A stretch of DNA of 64,000 nucleotides from an uncultured Gemmatimonadales bacterium (GTDB lineage: Bacteria > Actinomycetota > Acidimicrobiia > Spongiisociales > UBA5794): positions 20,195 through 84,194 of the forward strand of contig CAXMRC010000090.1 in assembly GCA_964195945.1 (NCBI GenBank), written 5' to 3'. Below the pieces are notes generated by a model. The model was not told where the DNA came from. It saw only the letters and a program-made list of their open reading frames with translations, and ran no database searches. The position numbers and the translations under genes are program-made. Below, piece by piece: positions 10,088-19,095 of this stretch (its first letter is position 1; each line of letters opens with the position of its first letter).

Positions 10088-11407
10088 TTATGCCCCGGAG
10101 CCGAACGTCACTTCGATACGGGCCCCGCCCAAAGCAGATTCACCGAGCTTGAGCCCACCGCCGGTTCTCTGGGCAGCGCGGAGCACAATGTCCAAGCCGA
10201 GACCCGTCGAGCCTCCACCGCTTTCGCCTCGCTCTACAGCACCGTCATGTTCAAAGCCAGTGCCGCTGTCCTCGACGACAAGGATCACCTGATTGTCTCC
10301 ATCTCCCGGGCGCGCCTCGATGCGATAACCGATCCCAGGGGCCGTATGTGAGAACACATTCCCGAGGAGCGTATCGACAAGCGCCCCTAGGTCTTGGCTG
10401 CTGATCGCCACCGGAAGACGACCACCCGACGTATGGACGTCTACAGGACGTTCCTGCTCGTCGGCAAGCACCTTCCAGAAGGTGGCTCGGTGCCGCACGA
10501 CGGCACCGAGATCCGCTTGCTCCGGACCGCGTTCGACCGAAGGACGCCGCGCCTCTTCGATCATTCGATCCACCGCTGTCTCCATCCGGTCAATGTCTTC
10601 TACAAGCAGCTTTGCGGCTTCCTTGTCCGTGAGAGTCTCCGCCTGAAGCCGAAGCGCAGTCAGCGGGGTACGCAATCTATGGGAGAGGTCGGCTATCGAT
10701 TCGCGCTCCTTTGCAAGCAACAGTCGGAGCCGCTCTGCAAGGAAGTTGAACGCCACGCCGACATCGGCAATCTCGTCAGGCCCCGATGGGACAACTCTTC
10801 GATCGAGGTCCCCCGCGCCGAGAGCCAAGGCTGCCTCCGACAATTCGGCCACAGGTCGAACCACCGATCGCCCCAGCCGATCGGCAGCCACAACGGCAAC
10901 GATCACCAGAAAGACGCCGAGACCCGCAATCATCCCCCATGCAATCCACACCCCTTCGGTCAGGTCAGCTTCTGGCACAAACGCCCGCACCACTACATCA
11001 ACAGACTGATCGGGCACATCTGCAGACCGCAGCGGGACAAGAACCTCAGCACCGCCTTCGGTGAAGGCTGTAAACGCCCGTGCTTCCGAGAAGGCAACAT
11101 CGATGTTGTCCCTGTTAAAGACCGGCGCCCCGGCAATCTCGCCATCCGCAAACAGAATGGTCACGGCATCAGCGCCTGACCCGAAAACTTCGATGACTGT
11201 CTGCGCGGCCAGCAGAGATACCTCGCCGCCGTCAGACGGATCGGTATTGACGACGAGAGCCGTTGCCATTGCTTGCGCCAGGGTCTCGGATCGGGACAAT
11301 GCACGATTCTGCGCCTGGTTTCTCAGCAAGAGTGCAAGCGGGATCATGAAGGCAATTACCACCAGCGTGCTGATGGCCAGAGAGAGGACGGCGACGCGCT
11401 GTCTCAT
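10088..11407 (-). CDS. HAMP-domain sensor histidine kinase
   Basis: 2 TM, HAMP, H-box DLSHRLRTPL, GxGLGL G2 box. Confidence 0.93.
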   Translation of the reverse strand: MRQRVAVLSLAISTLVVIAFMIPLALLLRNQAQNRALSRSETLAQAMATALVVNTDPSDGGEVSLLAAQTVIEVFGSGADAVTILFADGEIAGAPVFNRDNIDVAFSEARAFTAFTEGGAEVLVPLRSADVPDQSVDVVVRAFVPEADLTEGVWIAWGMIAGLGVFLVIVAVVAADRLGRSVVRPVAELSEAALALGAGDLDRRVVPSGPDEIADVGVAFNFLAERLRLLLAKERESIADLSHRLRTPLTALRLQAETLTDKEAAKLLVEDIDRMETAVDRMIEEARRPSVERGPEQADLGAVVRHRATFWKVLADEQERPVDVHTSGGRLPVAISSQDLGALVDTLLGNVFSHTAPGIGYRIEARPGDGDNQVILVVEDSGTGFEHDGAVERGESGGGSTGLGLDIVLRAAQRTGGGLKLGESALGGARIEVTFGSGA

Positions 11408-12087
11408 TCTTCTGGATTCACCAGCTTGACGCCCACACCGAAGACGGTTTGCAAGTACCGGCTCTCCGCCGCCGACTCACCCAGCTTCTTGCGTAGCCAG
11501 GATATGTGCACATCGACAGTCTTCTCACTGCCGCCATACGGTTGCCGCCACACCTCTGCCAACAGCTCTCGTTTTGAGACAACCTCCCCGGTTCGTTCTG
11601 CCAGGAACCGCAAAACATCAAACTCTTTGGGGCTGAGATCTATCGGTGTTCCCTCGAGGCGGGCTTCGCGTGCCGCAACGTCGATCGCAAGATCTCCCAC
11701 CATGAGCGGGCCGTCCCTGCCCTCCGTTCCCGATCTGCGGAGAACGGCTCGCACTCTGGCCTCCAACTGATCCACCGAGAACGGTTTGATCAGATAGTCA
11801 TCGGCACCGGCATCGAGCGTGCGGATGACGTCGCGGTCCTCACTGCGGGCGGTAGCCACAATGATTGGTACCGCGCTGACCGCTCTGATCATCTTGAGGA
11901 GTTCGGTCCCGTCGAGATCGGGCAGGCCCATATCGAGAATCACAAGCTCCGGTGATACGCGGACGACTGCCTGGAGTCCCTCCATCGCGGTAGCTGTCGA
12001 CTCGACGTCGTGGCCGCGATCTGCGAGAACTCTTGCCACAAGTTCACGAATTCGTTGTTCATCTTCGATAATCACTACAGATGCCAT
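11404..12087 (-). CDS. OmpR-family response regulator
   Basis: IEDE, LDMGLPD, GADDYLIKPF, winged helix VDVHISWLRKKL; leaderless TACAGT -10. Confidence 0.95.
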   Translation of the reverse strand: MASVVIIEDEQRIRELVARVLADRGHDVESTATAMEGLQAVVRVSPELVILDMGLPDLDGTELLKMIRAVSAVPIIVATARSEDRDVIRTLDAGADDYLIKPFSVDQLEARVRAVLRRSGTEGRDGPLMVGDLAIDVAAREARLEGTPIDLSPKEFDVLRFLAERTGEVVSKRELLAEVWRQPYGGSEKTVDVHISWLRKKLGESAAESRYLQTVFGVGVKLVNPEE

Positions 12088-12116
12088 GGGGCAACTGTAG
12101 ATCGATCGTGACAAAT

Positions 12117-12154
12117 CTCAAGACCGCCTTAGCAACTCCTTAATCTATTCTTGG
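12117..12154. promoter_or_regulatory. Four 11-bp-phased direct repeats (putative OmpR-type operator)
   Basis: CTCAA 12117, CTTAG 12128, CTTAA 12139, CTTGG 12150 in the divergent intergenic region. Confidence 0.55.
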
Positions 12155-12172
12155 CAGGTACCAAAGGAGGAA

Positions 12173-12829
12173 GTGACCAAAATGGGTTCAATGCGGCAGA
12201 GACTCCTTCTCGTCGCCGGATGGGCTGTAGCTGCCGTCTTGGCCAGTTTGGTCTCGACGGGCGCTGTGGTAGTGGCAGGAGGGCAGGTCACCGACCGGCC
12301 CCTCCGCCCTCTATCGGCGTCAGAAGTTGCTGCTCTGACCGAGGAATGCGGGTTAACTGAACGAGCGCCTTGCCTCCGGCAGCTCGACAACTCGGTGAGC
12401 CCGACGACCACGGTCCTGGCGGCGCCGGATTTGAACTCAAGCCTGAACGGCGGCGAGGACGGAGTCTCTCCTACCACCGAAGTCGAGCCGCCGTCCGATG
12501 ACCCTCTCGACCCTGCCGTTGCGGTCGATGAAAGCCTTCTTCCCCCCGAAGAAGAGAAAGTCATCCCAGATCCGCGCGCCGAGGTCGTAGACCTTATCGG
12601 CGGCCGGGTGAGCGTCTCGGGCGCTGAGGGCACTGTCAAAATCATCTGGGCGATCCCGAATCCCGGTTTTGCGTTACTTCCCCCAGCCGGTAGTGACACC
12701 TCCGCCGGCACTGTCACCGTATTGCTGTCCGACGGATCCCATCAATCGATCCTCAATGCATCGTGGTCCGACGATGAGGGACTCGTCGTCGAAACGACAG
12801 AGGGTGGTCTCGGCCTGGCCGAGAGCTAG
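12173..12829 (+). CDS. Hypothetical secreted/membrane-anchored protein divergent from the TCS
   Basis: N-terminal hydrophobic segment, low-complexity middle, GGRVSV...WAIPNPGF C-terminal motif; GGAGG RBS (start may be ATG 12182). Confidence 0.7.
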   Translation: MTKMGSMRQRLLLVAGWAVAAVLASLVSTGAVVVAGGQVTDRPLRPLSASEVAALTEECGLTERAPCLRQLDNSVSPTTTVLAAPDLNSSLNGGEDGVSPTTEVEPPSDDPLDPAVAVDESLLPPEEEKVIPDPRAEVVDLIGGRVSVSGAEGTVKIIWAIPNPGFALLPPAGSDTSAGTVTVLLSDGSHQSILNASWSDDEGLVVETTEGGLGLAES

Positions 12830-12877
12830 TGGTGTGTCGCAACCGGTTCCTGTTTTGCCCCAATTCGCGGATCCGGG

Positions 12878-14476
12878 CTACGCGAGCGCAATGAGGTCGA
12901 GCATCGACTCGTCAAAGAAACCAGTCTCGCCATCGGGCATGAGAATCATCCGGTCCGGCTCCAGCGACTCAACGAAGTCTGTGTCGTGGCTGACGAGCAG
13001 GAGCGTGCCCGTGAACTGGCGCAGCGCACCGAGGAGAGCTTCTTTGGCCTGCGGATCCAGGTTATTCGTCGGTTCATCCAGCAGAAGGACGTTGTTCCGC
13101 TGCACCACAAGTTGGGCAAGCGCTAGTTTGGTCTTCTCGCCACCGGACAACGTACCTGCATCCTGATCGATCTTGTCAGCGAGCAGAAAATGCCCCAGGA
13201 TCGTTCGCAGATCCTTGTCTGGGATCTGGGAGACTTCTCTCATGTGATCGAGCACGGTCACACCATGCTTGATCTGCTCGTGCTCCTGTGCGTAATAGCC
13301 AAGGGTCGCTTTGTGCCCGATCTCGACCTCGCCCATATCGACCGTCTCGACACCGGCCAGGATGCGGAGCAACGTGGTCTTGCCAGCCCCGTTCAAGCCC
13401 ATGATGATCATTCTCTCGCCACGATCGATGTCTACATCGACATCGACGAAGACCACATTGTGATCGAAGGCTTTGGCTAGACCCGCCGCTTTCAGGGGAG
13501 TTCGCCCGGATGGTTCCGGTTGCGGAAAGCGAACAGCAATCTTCTTCGCCCTGCCACCGACTTCCACCCGTTGCACCTTCAGTTTGTCGACGCGCGTCTC
13601 CCAGGAGCGAGCCCGCTTCGCCATCTTCTCGGTAGATCCCTTGAAGCGACGGATGCCCTCCTCAAGCTTGGCGATCTTCTCGTCCTGATGCTTACGTTCC
13701 CGACGCCGCTGATCACGGCGACGGTCACGTTCCTCGATGTAGAAGCTGTAGTTGCCCCGATACGGTTCAAGATGGTGATCATCGAGGGCCAGTACTGAAG
13801 TGATGGACTTGTCAAGCAATGGCAGGTCGTGGCTCACGACGAGAAGACCGCCTGAATACTCGTCGAGGAACTCCATCAGCCATGCCTTGGCATCGAGATC
13901 AAGGTGGTTCGTCGGCTCGTCCAGTATCAGAACATCGGTTTCGGCGAAGAGAACACGGGCCAATTCGACCCTACGTCGTTGCCCACCGGACATCGTGGCC
14001 ACGAGTTGAAACAGGTCATCGCCCTGAATGCCAACAGAAGCGGCGAACCTCTTCGCCTCCGCCTTCGCCACGTAACCACCACGAGCCGTGAATTCATCAT
14101 CGAGACGGCTGAATCGGGCAATCAGCCGATCCCGCTCTTCGCCATCGGCCACCTCCATCTGGGTTCTGACCTTCTCCATGCGTCGTTCCAGATTGCCGAT
14201 GTCTCGAGCAGTGAGGACGCGCTCCAAGGCATTGACCTTGTCGTCTACGAGCTCTCTGAGCGCGGCCTCCTGCGAGAGGTATCCGACCACGCCACTTCTC
14301 CGAATGGCGCCGTCTGCCTGTTCCAATTCCCCGGCGAGGGTCCGCAGTAGAGTCGTCTTGCCCGCACCGTTGGGACCGACCAATCCGATCTTGTCACCGG
14401 CATGGATCGAGAACGACGCTTCACTGATGAGCGGGCGCGCTCCAGCCTCAATTGCCAGATCTCTTACGATGATCAC
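12878..14476 (-). CDS. ABC-F family ribosome-associated ATPase
   Basis: Two ABC domains (GPNGAGKTT/GLNGAGKTT, SGG, LDEPTN), no TM segments, charged interdomain linker. Confidence 0.93.
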   Translation of the reverse strand: MIIVRDLAIEAGARPLISEASFSIHAGDKIGLVGPNGAGKTTLLRTLAGELEQADGAIRRSGVVGYLSQEAALRELVDDKVNALERVLTARDIGNLERRMEKVRTQMEVADGEERDRLIARFSRLDDEFTARGGYVAKAEAKRFAASVGIQGDDLFQLVATMSGGQRRRVELARVLFAETDVLILDEPTNHLDLDAKAWLMEFLDEYSGGLLVVSHDLPLLDKSITSVLALDDHHLEPYRGNYSFYIEERDRRRDQRRRERKHQDEKIAKLEEGIRRFKGSTEKMAKRARSWETRVDKLKVQRVEVGGRAKKIAVRFPQPEPSGRTPLKAAGLAKAFDHNVVFVDVDVDIDRGERMIIMGLNGAGKTTLLRILAGVETVDMGEVEIGHKATLGYYAQEHEQIKHGVTVLDHMREVSQIPDKDLRTILGHFLLADKIDQDAGTLSGGEKTKLALAQLVVQRNNVLLLDEPTNNLDPQAKEALLGALRQFTGTLLLVSHDTDFVESLEPDRMILMPDGETGFFDESMLDLIALA

Positions 14477-15627
14477 GTGACACCGAGCCTCGCATTGGCG
14501 GACCGACGCACCTGACGCAGGACACTAAAGACCGCCCTTATTGAGTACAGAGCGCTACGACGCGAGATCGCGGCAGACGCCGGCCCAAGCACGATATGAC
14601 GAAGACCTGCATCGACATACTGCTCCAGTTTCTCTCGGATCATCTCGGGGGTTCCCCACAACACATTGTCGGCAACAACGTCAACAGGCACGTGGTTAAG
14701 AACGTCGTCGATCATTGCGGCTGGGTAGTCCGATGGGATGAAGTCGACAAGACCGCGGAAACTGGCTCCGAGCGGATGCTCGATCCCATTGCGTTGCCAG
14801 AGGTGGGCCGGAGCCAGGAGAGCCATGAACCGCATGATGCGGGTGTCGAGATACTTGCGGGCCTCGCGTTCTGTGCGACCGACGACGGCCACCATCTGTG
14901 CTCCAGGAACGATGAGCCTGCCGTCCCTGCCTGCCGTCTTTGCGGCATCACGAATCTTCGCCAACGAGGCGCCGTATTCCTCGGGCTTCACGGGCACCGT
15001 TGGATACCAACCGTCACCATACCGACCGGTCAAGCGCAGCATCCGAGGGCCATGCGCAGCTATCCAGATCTGTGGCGTTTTCCCTGGGGCGGGGGCCAGG
15101 TCCATCATCGCCTTGTCGAGCTGGTAGAACTCTCCGTTGTAGTCAAACGGGCCCCGCGACTCGAAGCAACGGCGCACAATCGGTAGCGCATCTTCGAGCT
15201 GTGCGACCGGTCTCTCAAAACCGATGCCATACGGAACCGTGTTCTCACGCTCCCCTGCCCCGATGCCGAGAATGGGGGCATCCTTGGTCATGTGCGACCA
15301 GGTCATCGCGGTTTGAGCAAGCAACACCGGGTGTCTCCGAAGCACCTCGGTGACGCCAATGCCGATCTGCATCGCACCAACCTTGCGGCTGAGGTACCCA
15401 ACCAGCGCTTGATAGTCGTAATAGGCATGCGGAGTCGTGTCGGGAGATGCCATCCATGACATCTCGCGGTTCCATAGCTCTTGCGGGAACCAACCTTGGA
15501 AGTGATCGACGGTCCAGACCGCGTCAAAACGGGCCGTACGGGCGAAACGGGCCGCCAGCGCGATACGACGAAGCGGCGGCTGGGTGCCGATGCCGATGCC
15601 AATCGATACTTGTTGGGGGGAAATCAC
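14473..15627 (-). CDS. LLM-class (probably F420-dependent) oxidoreductase, phthiodiolone ketoreductase-like
   Basis: VWTVDH, GVTE..RRHP, GIGAGERENTVPYG, AAHGPRML...GRYGDGW, HPLG motifs. Confidence 0.85.
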   Translation of the reverse strand: MISPQQVSIGIGIGTQPPLRRIALAARFARTARFDAVWTVDHFQGWFPQELWNREMSWMASPDTTPHAYYDYQALVGYLSRKVGAMQIGIGVTEVLRRHPVLLAQTAMTWSHMTKDAPILGIGAGERENTVPYGIGFERPVAQLEDALPIVRRCFESRGPFDYNGEFYQLDKAMMDLAPAPGKTPQIWIAAHGPRMLRLTGRYGDGWYPTVPVKPEEYGASLAKIRDAAKTAGRDGRLIVPGAQMVAVVGRTEREARKYLDTRIMRFMALLAPAHLWQRNGIEHPLGASFRGLVDFIPSDYPAAMIDDVLNHVPVDVVADNVLWGTPEMIREKLEQYVDAGLRHIVLGPASAAISRRSALYSIRAVFSVLRQVRRSANARLGVT

Positions 15628-15652
15628 CGGACAAGGCTAATCGACCACTGAA

Positions 15653-17710
15653 CTACTTGGCGGACCGCGCCTTGGGCGCTCCTCCCGCGGCCGGAGCACT
15701 AAACCCGAACCCCTTCTCGATGGCCCGTGGCATGCGATCAACGGCCAATGGGCGAGAGATGTAAAAGCCCTGCACCAGACTGCAGCCAAATCCGCGAACC
15801 ATGTCGAGCTGTTCTCGTGTCTCGACCCCTTCCGCAATCACCTCGAGGCGAAGGCTCTTGGCAAGAGACACCATCGACTCTGAAACCGTTGCGGTATCCG
15901 CGTCGGTGACAGCGTCACGCACAAACTCCCGATCGATCTTGATGGTGTCGATCGGGAAGCTCTTCAGGTAACTGAGTGAGGAGTAGCCGGTGCCAAAGTC
16001 GTCGATCGCGATAGAAACGCCGATAGCGCGCAACCGCTCCAACGTGCGCCGCGCCGTCTCCGTGTCTTCGACCAGAGTGCGCTCGGTCAACTCCAACTTG
16101 AGCCACGAAGCATCGAGTTTGGTGCGCTCCAGAGTTTGCTCGACGATCTCGGCAAGGTTGCCGCGTCGCAGCTGCCGCGGCGAGACGTTGATGGAGACTG
16201 AGAACTTTTCCAGCCCTGAGTCGTGCCACGTCTTTAGCTGCCTGCATGCGGTATTCATGGCCCACAAGCCCAGAGGAACGATGAGATCTGTCTGTTCAGC
16301 GAGCGTGACAAAGCGCTCGGTTGGAACCATGCCGAGCTCTGGATGCTCCCAGCGCAGCAAAGCCTCGACTCCGCCGACGACGCCGTTGTCGGTATCAATC
16401 CACGGCTGATATACGAGCCGAAGGCCATCCCCTGTAGCAACTGCCTTACGCAAGCCGTCTATGAGCCGGAGCCGCTCGGAAGCACTCTGCCGCAACTTCG
16501 GAGTGAAGTACTGATAGTTGTTCGATCCCGCGGCTTTGGCGGAGTACATGGCGATATCGGCGTCGCGCAGCAGAGCCTGTGACGTGTCGCCGTCTAGCGG
16601 ATACATGGCAATCCCGATCGATGTCGTGACGCGCAGTTCACGGGTGCCGACGAGATAGGGCTCGGCAACCGAATCGAGGATCTTGGTGGCAACCTGCCCG
16701 GCATCTTCGAGCCTGGTTCCACTTTCGAGAATCACCGTAAACTCGTCACCGCCAATGCGAGCCACGCTGTCGGTCTCCCTGACGGAAGCGACGATCCTCT
16801 TTGCTACTTGTTTGAGCAGGGCGTCGCCAGTGGCATGGCCGTAGTGATCATTGACCGCTTTGAAGTCGTCAAGGTCGAGAAACATAAGAGCAACCAGACC
16901 CTCATCTCGGCGGGCCCGCGCGATGGCGCTCTGCAGCCGGTCACTGAACAAGAAACGATTGATAAGACCGGTGAGCGGGTCGTAGCGCGCCAAGTAACTG
17001 AGCTTCTGTTGATCCTCGGCTCGGGCCGTTTCATGTTCGGCGGCTCGCTGCTCCCACTCTTTGCGTACGCCGCGGACCGCGGGACGGAACAGGAACACGG
17101 CCTCGAGGACAATCAGCAGCAGCATCACGGATAGAAGGATCAGCTGCGTTATCCGAAGACCGTTGACCCGCTCTTGTGCCTCGTCTTTGATAAGCGTCGC
17201 AACGCCATTCATCCCCTCGCGGAACTCCTCAGACGCCCGCGCCATCTCGCCGGCGGCGCCAACACGCAACTTGGCGCCAGACGATCCGTTCTCGATGAGC
17301 TCCTCTGCAAGGCGGGCCATCGCAATGAAATGCGGCTCGACTTCGGCTTCGATCCGGTCGTTGAAGGCTCGGCTGTGATCCGTTGGGAGATCGAGATCTA
17401 CGCTGCCGTAGCGGAGACCGTTGTGGTTGTTACGAATACGAATGAGCTCCACACTGAGACGATCGACCGCTTTGAGTTGCTCGTCCAGCGTGTCGGCGGC
17501 CTCGACCTCGAACCCGGCGTTCTCAATCGCTTCGCTGAGCAGGATCTGCTGCGTAACGACCTCGAGCACCCCTGCGTCCTTTTCCTGCCTGGTGAGTGCG
17601 GTCGAGGTGAGAATGGTCGAGACCACGGCGGCGATAGCGATGATCGCCAGACCGACGATGTACCGACCTACGGGCCGCTTTGGAACCTCGGCGGACGCGT
17701 TGTACCCCAC
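15653..17710 (-). CDS. Membrane sensor diguanylate cyclase/phosphodiesterase (GGDEF-EAL)
   Basis: 2 TM flanking a periplasmic-type helical sensor; DPLTGL, GGDEF, EALLRW, DDFGTGYSS. Confidence 0.95.
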   Translation of the reverse strand: MGYNASAEVPKRPVGRYIVGLAIIAIAAVVSTILTSTALTRQEKDAGVLEVVTQQILLSEAIENAGFEVEAADTLDEQLKAVDRLSVELIRIRNNHNGLRYGSVDLDLPTDHSRAFNDRIEAEVEPHFIAMARLAEELIENGSSGAKLRVGAAGEMARASEEFREGMNGVATLIKDEAQERVNGLRITQLILLSVMLLLIVLEAVFLFRPAVRGVRKEWEQRAAEHETARAEDQQKLSYLARYDPLTGLINRFLFSDRLQSAIARARRDEGLVALMFLDLDDFKAVNDHYGHATGDALLKQVAKRIVASVRETDSVARIGGDEFTVILESGTRLEDAGQVATKILDSVAEPYLVGTRELRVTTSIGIAMYPLDGDTSQALLRDADIAMYSAKAAGSNNYQYFTPKLRQSASERLRLIDGLRKAVATGDGLRLVYQPWIDTDNGVVGGVEALLRWEHPELGMVPTERFVTLAEQTDLIVPLGLWAMNTACRQLKTWHDSGLEKFSVSINVSPRQLRRGNLAEIVEQTLERTKLDASWLKLELTERTLVEDTETARRTLERLRAIGVSIAIDDFGTGYSSLSYLKSFPIDTIKIDREFVRDAVTDADTATVSESMVSLAKSLRLEVIAEGVETREQLDMVRGFGCSLVQGFYISRPLAVDRMPRAIEKGFGFSAPAAGGAPKARSAK

Positions 17711-17793
17711 CGCCCCTATGGCCGCAGCGTGGATCTCGTCGGTATCCCCTTGATGAGGTGTTTTCGAGATTATTCCTCCTGAATCTCACGGTG

Positions 17794-17822
17794 ATATCGG
17801 TCGCATTGGCCAACCCATTGAG
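17794..17822 (-). promoter_or_regulatory. Possible sigma28/WhiG-type promoter
   Basis: CTCAA-N16-ACCGATAT on the minus strand upstream of the GGDEF-EAL gene. Confidence 0.35.
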
Positions 17823-17829
17823 GTTAAAC

Positions 17830-17881
17830 CGCGTCTGGCGTCCGTGAGCGCCTTATACCGTGCTCACGGACGCCAGAGCGC
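17830..17881. repeat. Palindromic element, left copy flanking DUF559 gene
   Basis: tctggcgtccgtgagc-gccttataccgt-gctcacggacgccaga: perfect 16-bp stem. Confidence 0.95.
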
Positions 17882-17905
17882 AGGAGTATTCGATTCGGGG
17901 CCGAT

Positions 17906-18871
17906 TTGTGGCACGTTTGCAGAATCGACACAGCTAACGATCAAGTTCTGGCAATCGCTCGTAGCCAGCATGGAGTCTTCACGAGATCGCAGGCGGTCAC
18001 CTCGGGGGTTAAAGAAAGCACAATCGATACTCGGATGGTGAATGGCACCTACGAGCGTCTTCACCCCCATGTGTTCGGCATCACCGGCACGCCGGCATCG
18101 TGGCGTCGCTCGGTGGTCGCTGCCGTCCTGTCGGCGGGGCCCCTGTCGGCTGCATCACATCGGACTGCGGCCTATCCGTGGGATCTGACCTCGTCGCGCC
18201 CAACCGCGACCGAGGTCGTCTGTCGGCGGCATCTGCGGGTTCGTACCGCTGACTTCGTCGTCCGCGAGTCAAAGGACCTGGTCGAGGCGGACATAGCGAT
18301 CATCGACGGTGTCCCAGTTACCACAGCGGTACGAACAGTCGTTGATCTCGGGGCGTCAGCCCCGCTGGGAACCGTGGCGCGGTGCCTAGATGCTGGCCTG
18401 AGAACCAGGCTCTTCACCCTCGCCGACGTAGAGCTCTTCGTCGAGCGCGTCGCTAAGCCTGGACGTACCGGAGTTGGCATAATCCGCCCCCTTGTCGAAG
18501 AGCGATTGATGTGGCAGAGCATCACTGAGAGCACACTCGAAGACCTGTTCCGATCAGTCGTCGTCCGTGCCGCGCTGCCAATGCCAGAACCACAAGTCGA
18601 GCTCTATGACAGCAACGGTAGGTTCATAGGGAGGTTCGACTTCGCATTTCGTAGCCACAGAGTCTTGATCGAACTCGACAGCGAGCGATGGCACATGGAC
18701 CCAGAATCGTTTCGTCGAGATCGGAACAAACAAAACCGAGCCCACGCCGAAGGTTGGACCGTCTACCGGTTCACCTGGCATCAACTCAAACAGGAATCCG
18801 ACCAAGTAATCGATACTCTGGCGTCCGTGAGCGCCCTATACCGTGCTCACGGACGCCAAACGCGTTCTTAG
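17906..18871 (+). CDS. AbiEi-type wHTH + DUF559 (Vsr-like) endonuclease domain protein
   Basis: ARSQHGVFTR N-terminus, SHRTAA, GVPVTTAVRTVVDL, ESTLE, PEPQV, RFDFAF..RVLIELDSERWH...RD..KQN...GWTVYRFTW; start uncertain. Confidence 0.88.
   Translation: MWHVCRIDTANDQVLAIARSQHGVFTRSQAVTSGVKESTIDTRMVNGTYERLHPHVFGITGTPASWRRSVVAAVLSAGPLSAASHRTAAYPWDLTSSRPTATEVVCRRHLRVRTADFVVRESKDLVEADIAIIDGVPVTTAVRTVVDLGASAPLGTVARCLDAGLRTRLFTLADVELFVERVAKPGRTGVGIIRPLVEERLMWQSITESTLEDLFRSVVVRAALPMPEPQVELYDSNGRFIGRFDFAFRSHRVLIELDSERWHMDPESFRRDRNKQNRAHAEGWTVYRFTWHQLKQESDQVIDTLASVSALYRAHGRQTRS
18817..18864. repeat. Palindromic element, right copy overlapping 3' end of DUF559 gene
   Basis: tctggcgtccgtgagcgccctataccgtgctcacggacgcca: direct repeat of 17834-17875 with 1 mismatch. 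Confidence 0.95.
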
Positions 18872-18879
18872 TCCATCGG

Positions 18880-18963
18880 TGCCCGGAGCAGGACTCGAAC
18901 CTGCACGCCCCAAAGGGCAGCGGATTTTAAGTCCGCCGCGTCTACCGGTTTCGCCATCCGGGC
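18880..18963 (-). tRNA. tRNA-Leu(TAA)
   Basis: GCCCGGA acceptor, anticodon loop CTTAAAA, long variable arm, GGTTCGAGTCC; CCA not encoded. Confidence 0.96.
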
Positions 18964-19095
18964 CTAACTACGGCAGGCTAGAACGCCTGTTTCCCGCGTC
19001 CAACTGCCCGAAGGGATCGCGACTCCGGGCTGGGCGACAGTTGGCTCGTTCGAGTATCCTCGTGGCTCACGTTCACCGTCTAAAGAGGAGCCCTC

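Noticed and set aside
17906-18871. Type IV toxin-antitoxin (AbiE) system
   Set aside because: No AbiEii nucleotidyltransferase partner; the gene is solitary between hairpins
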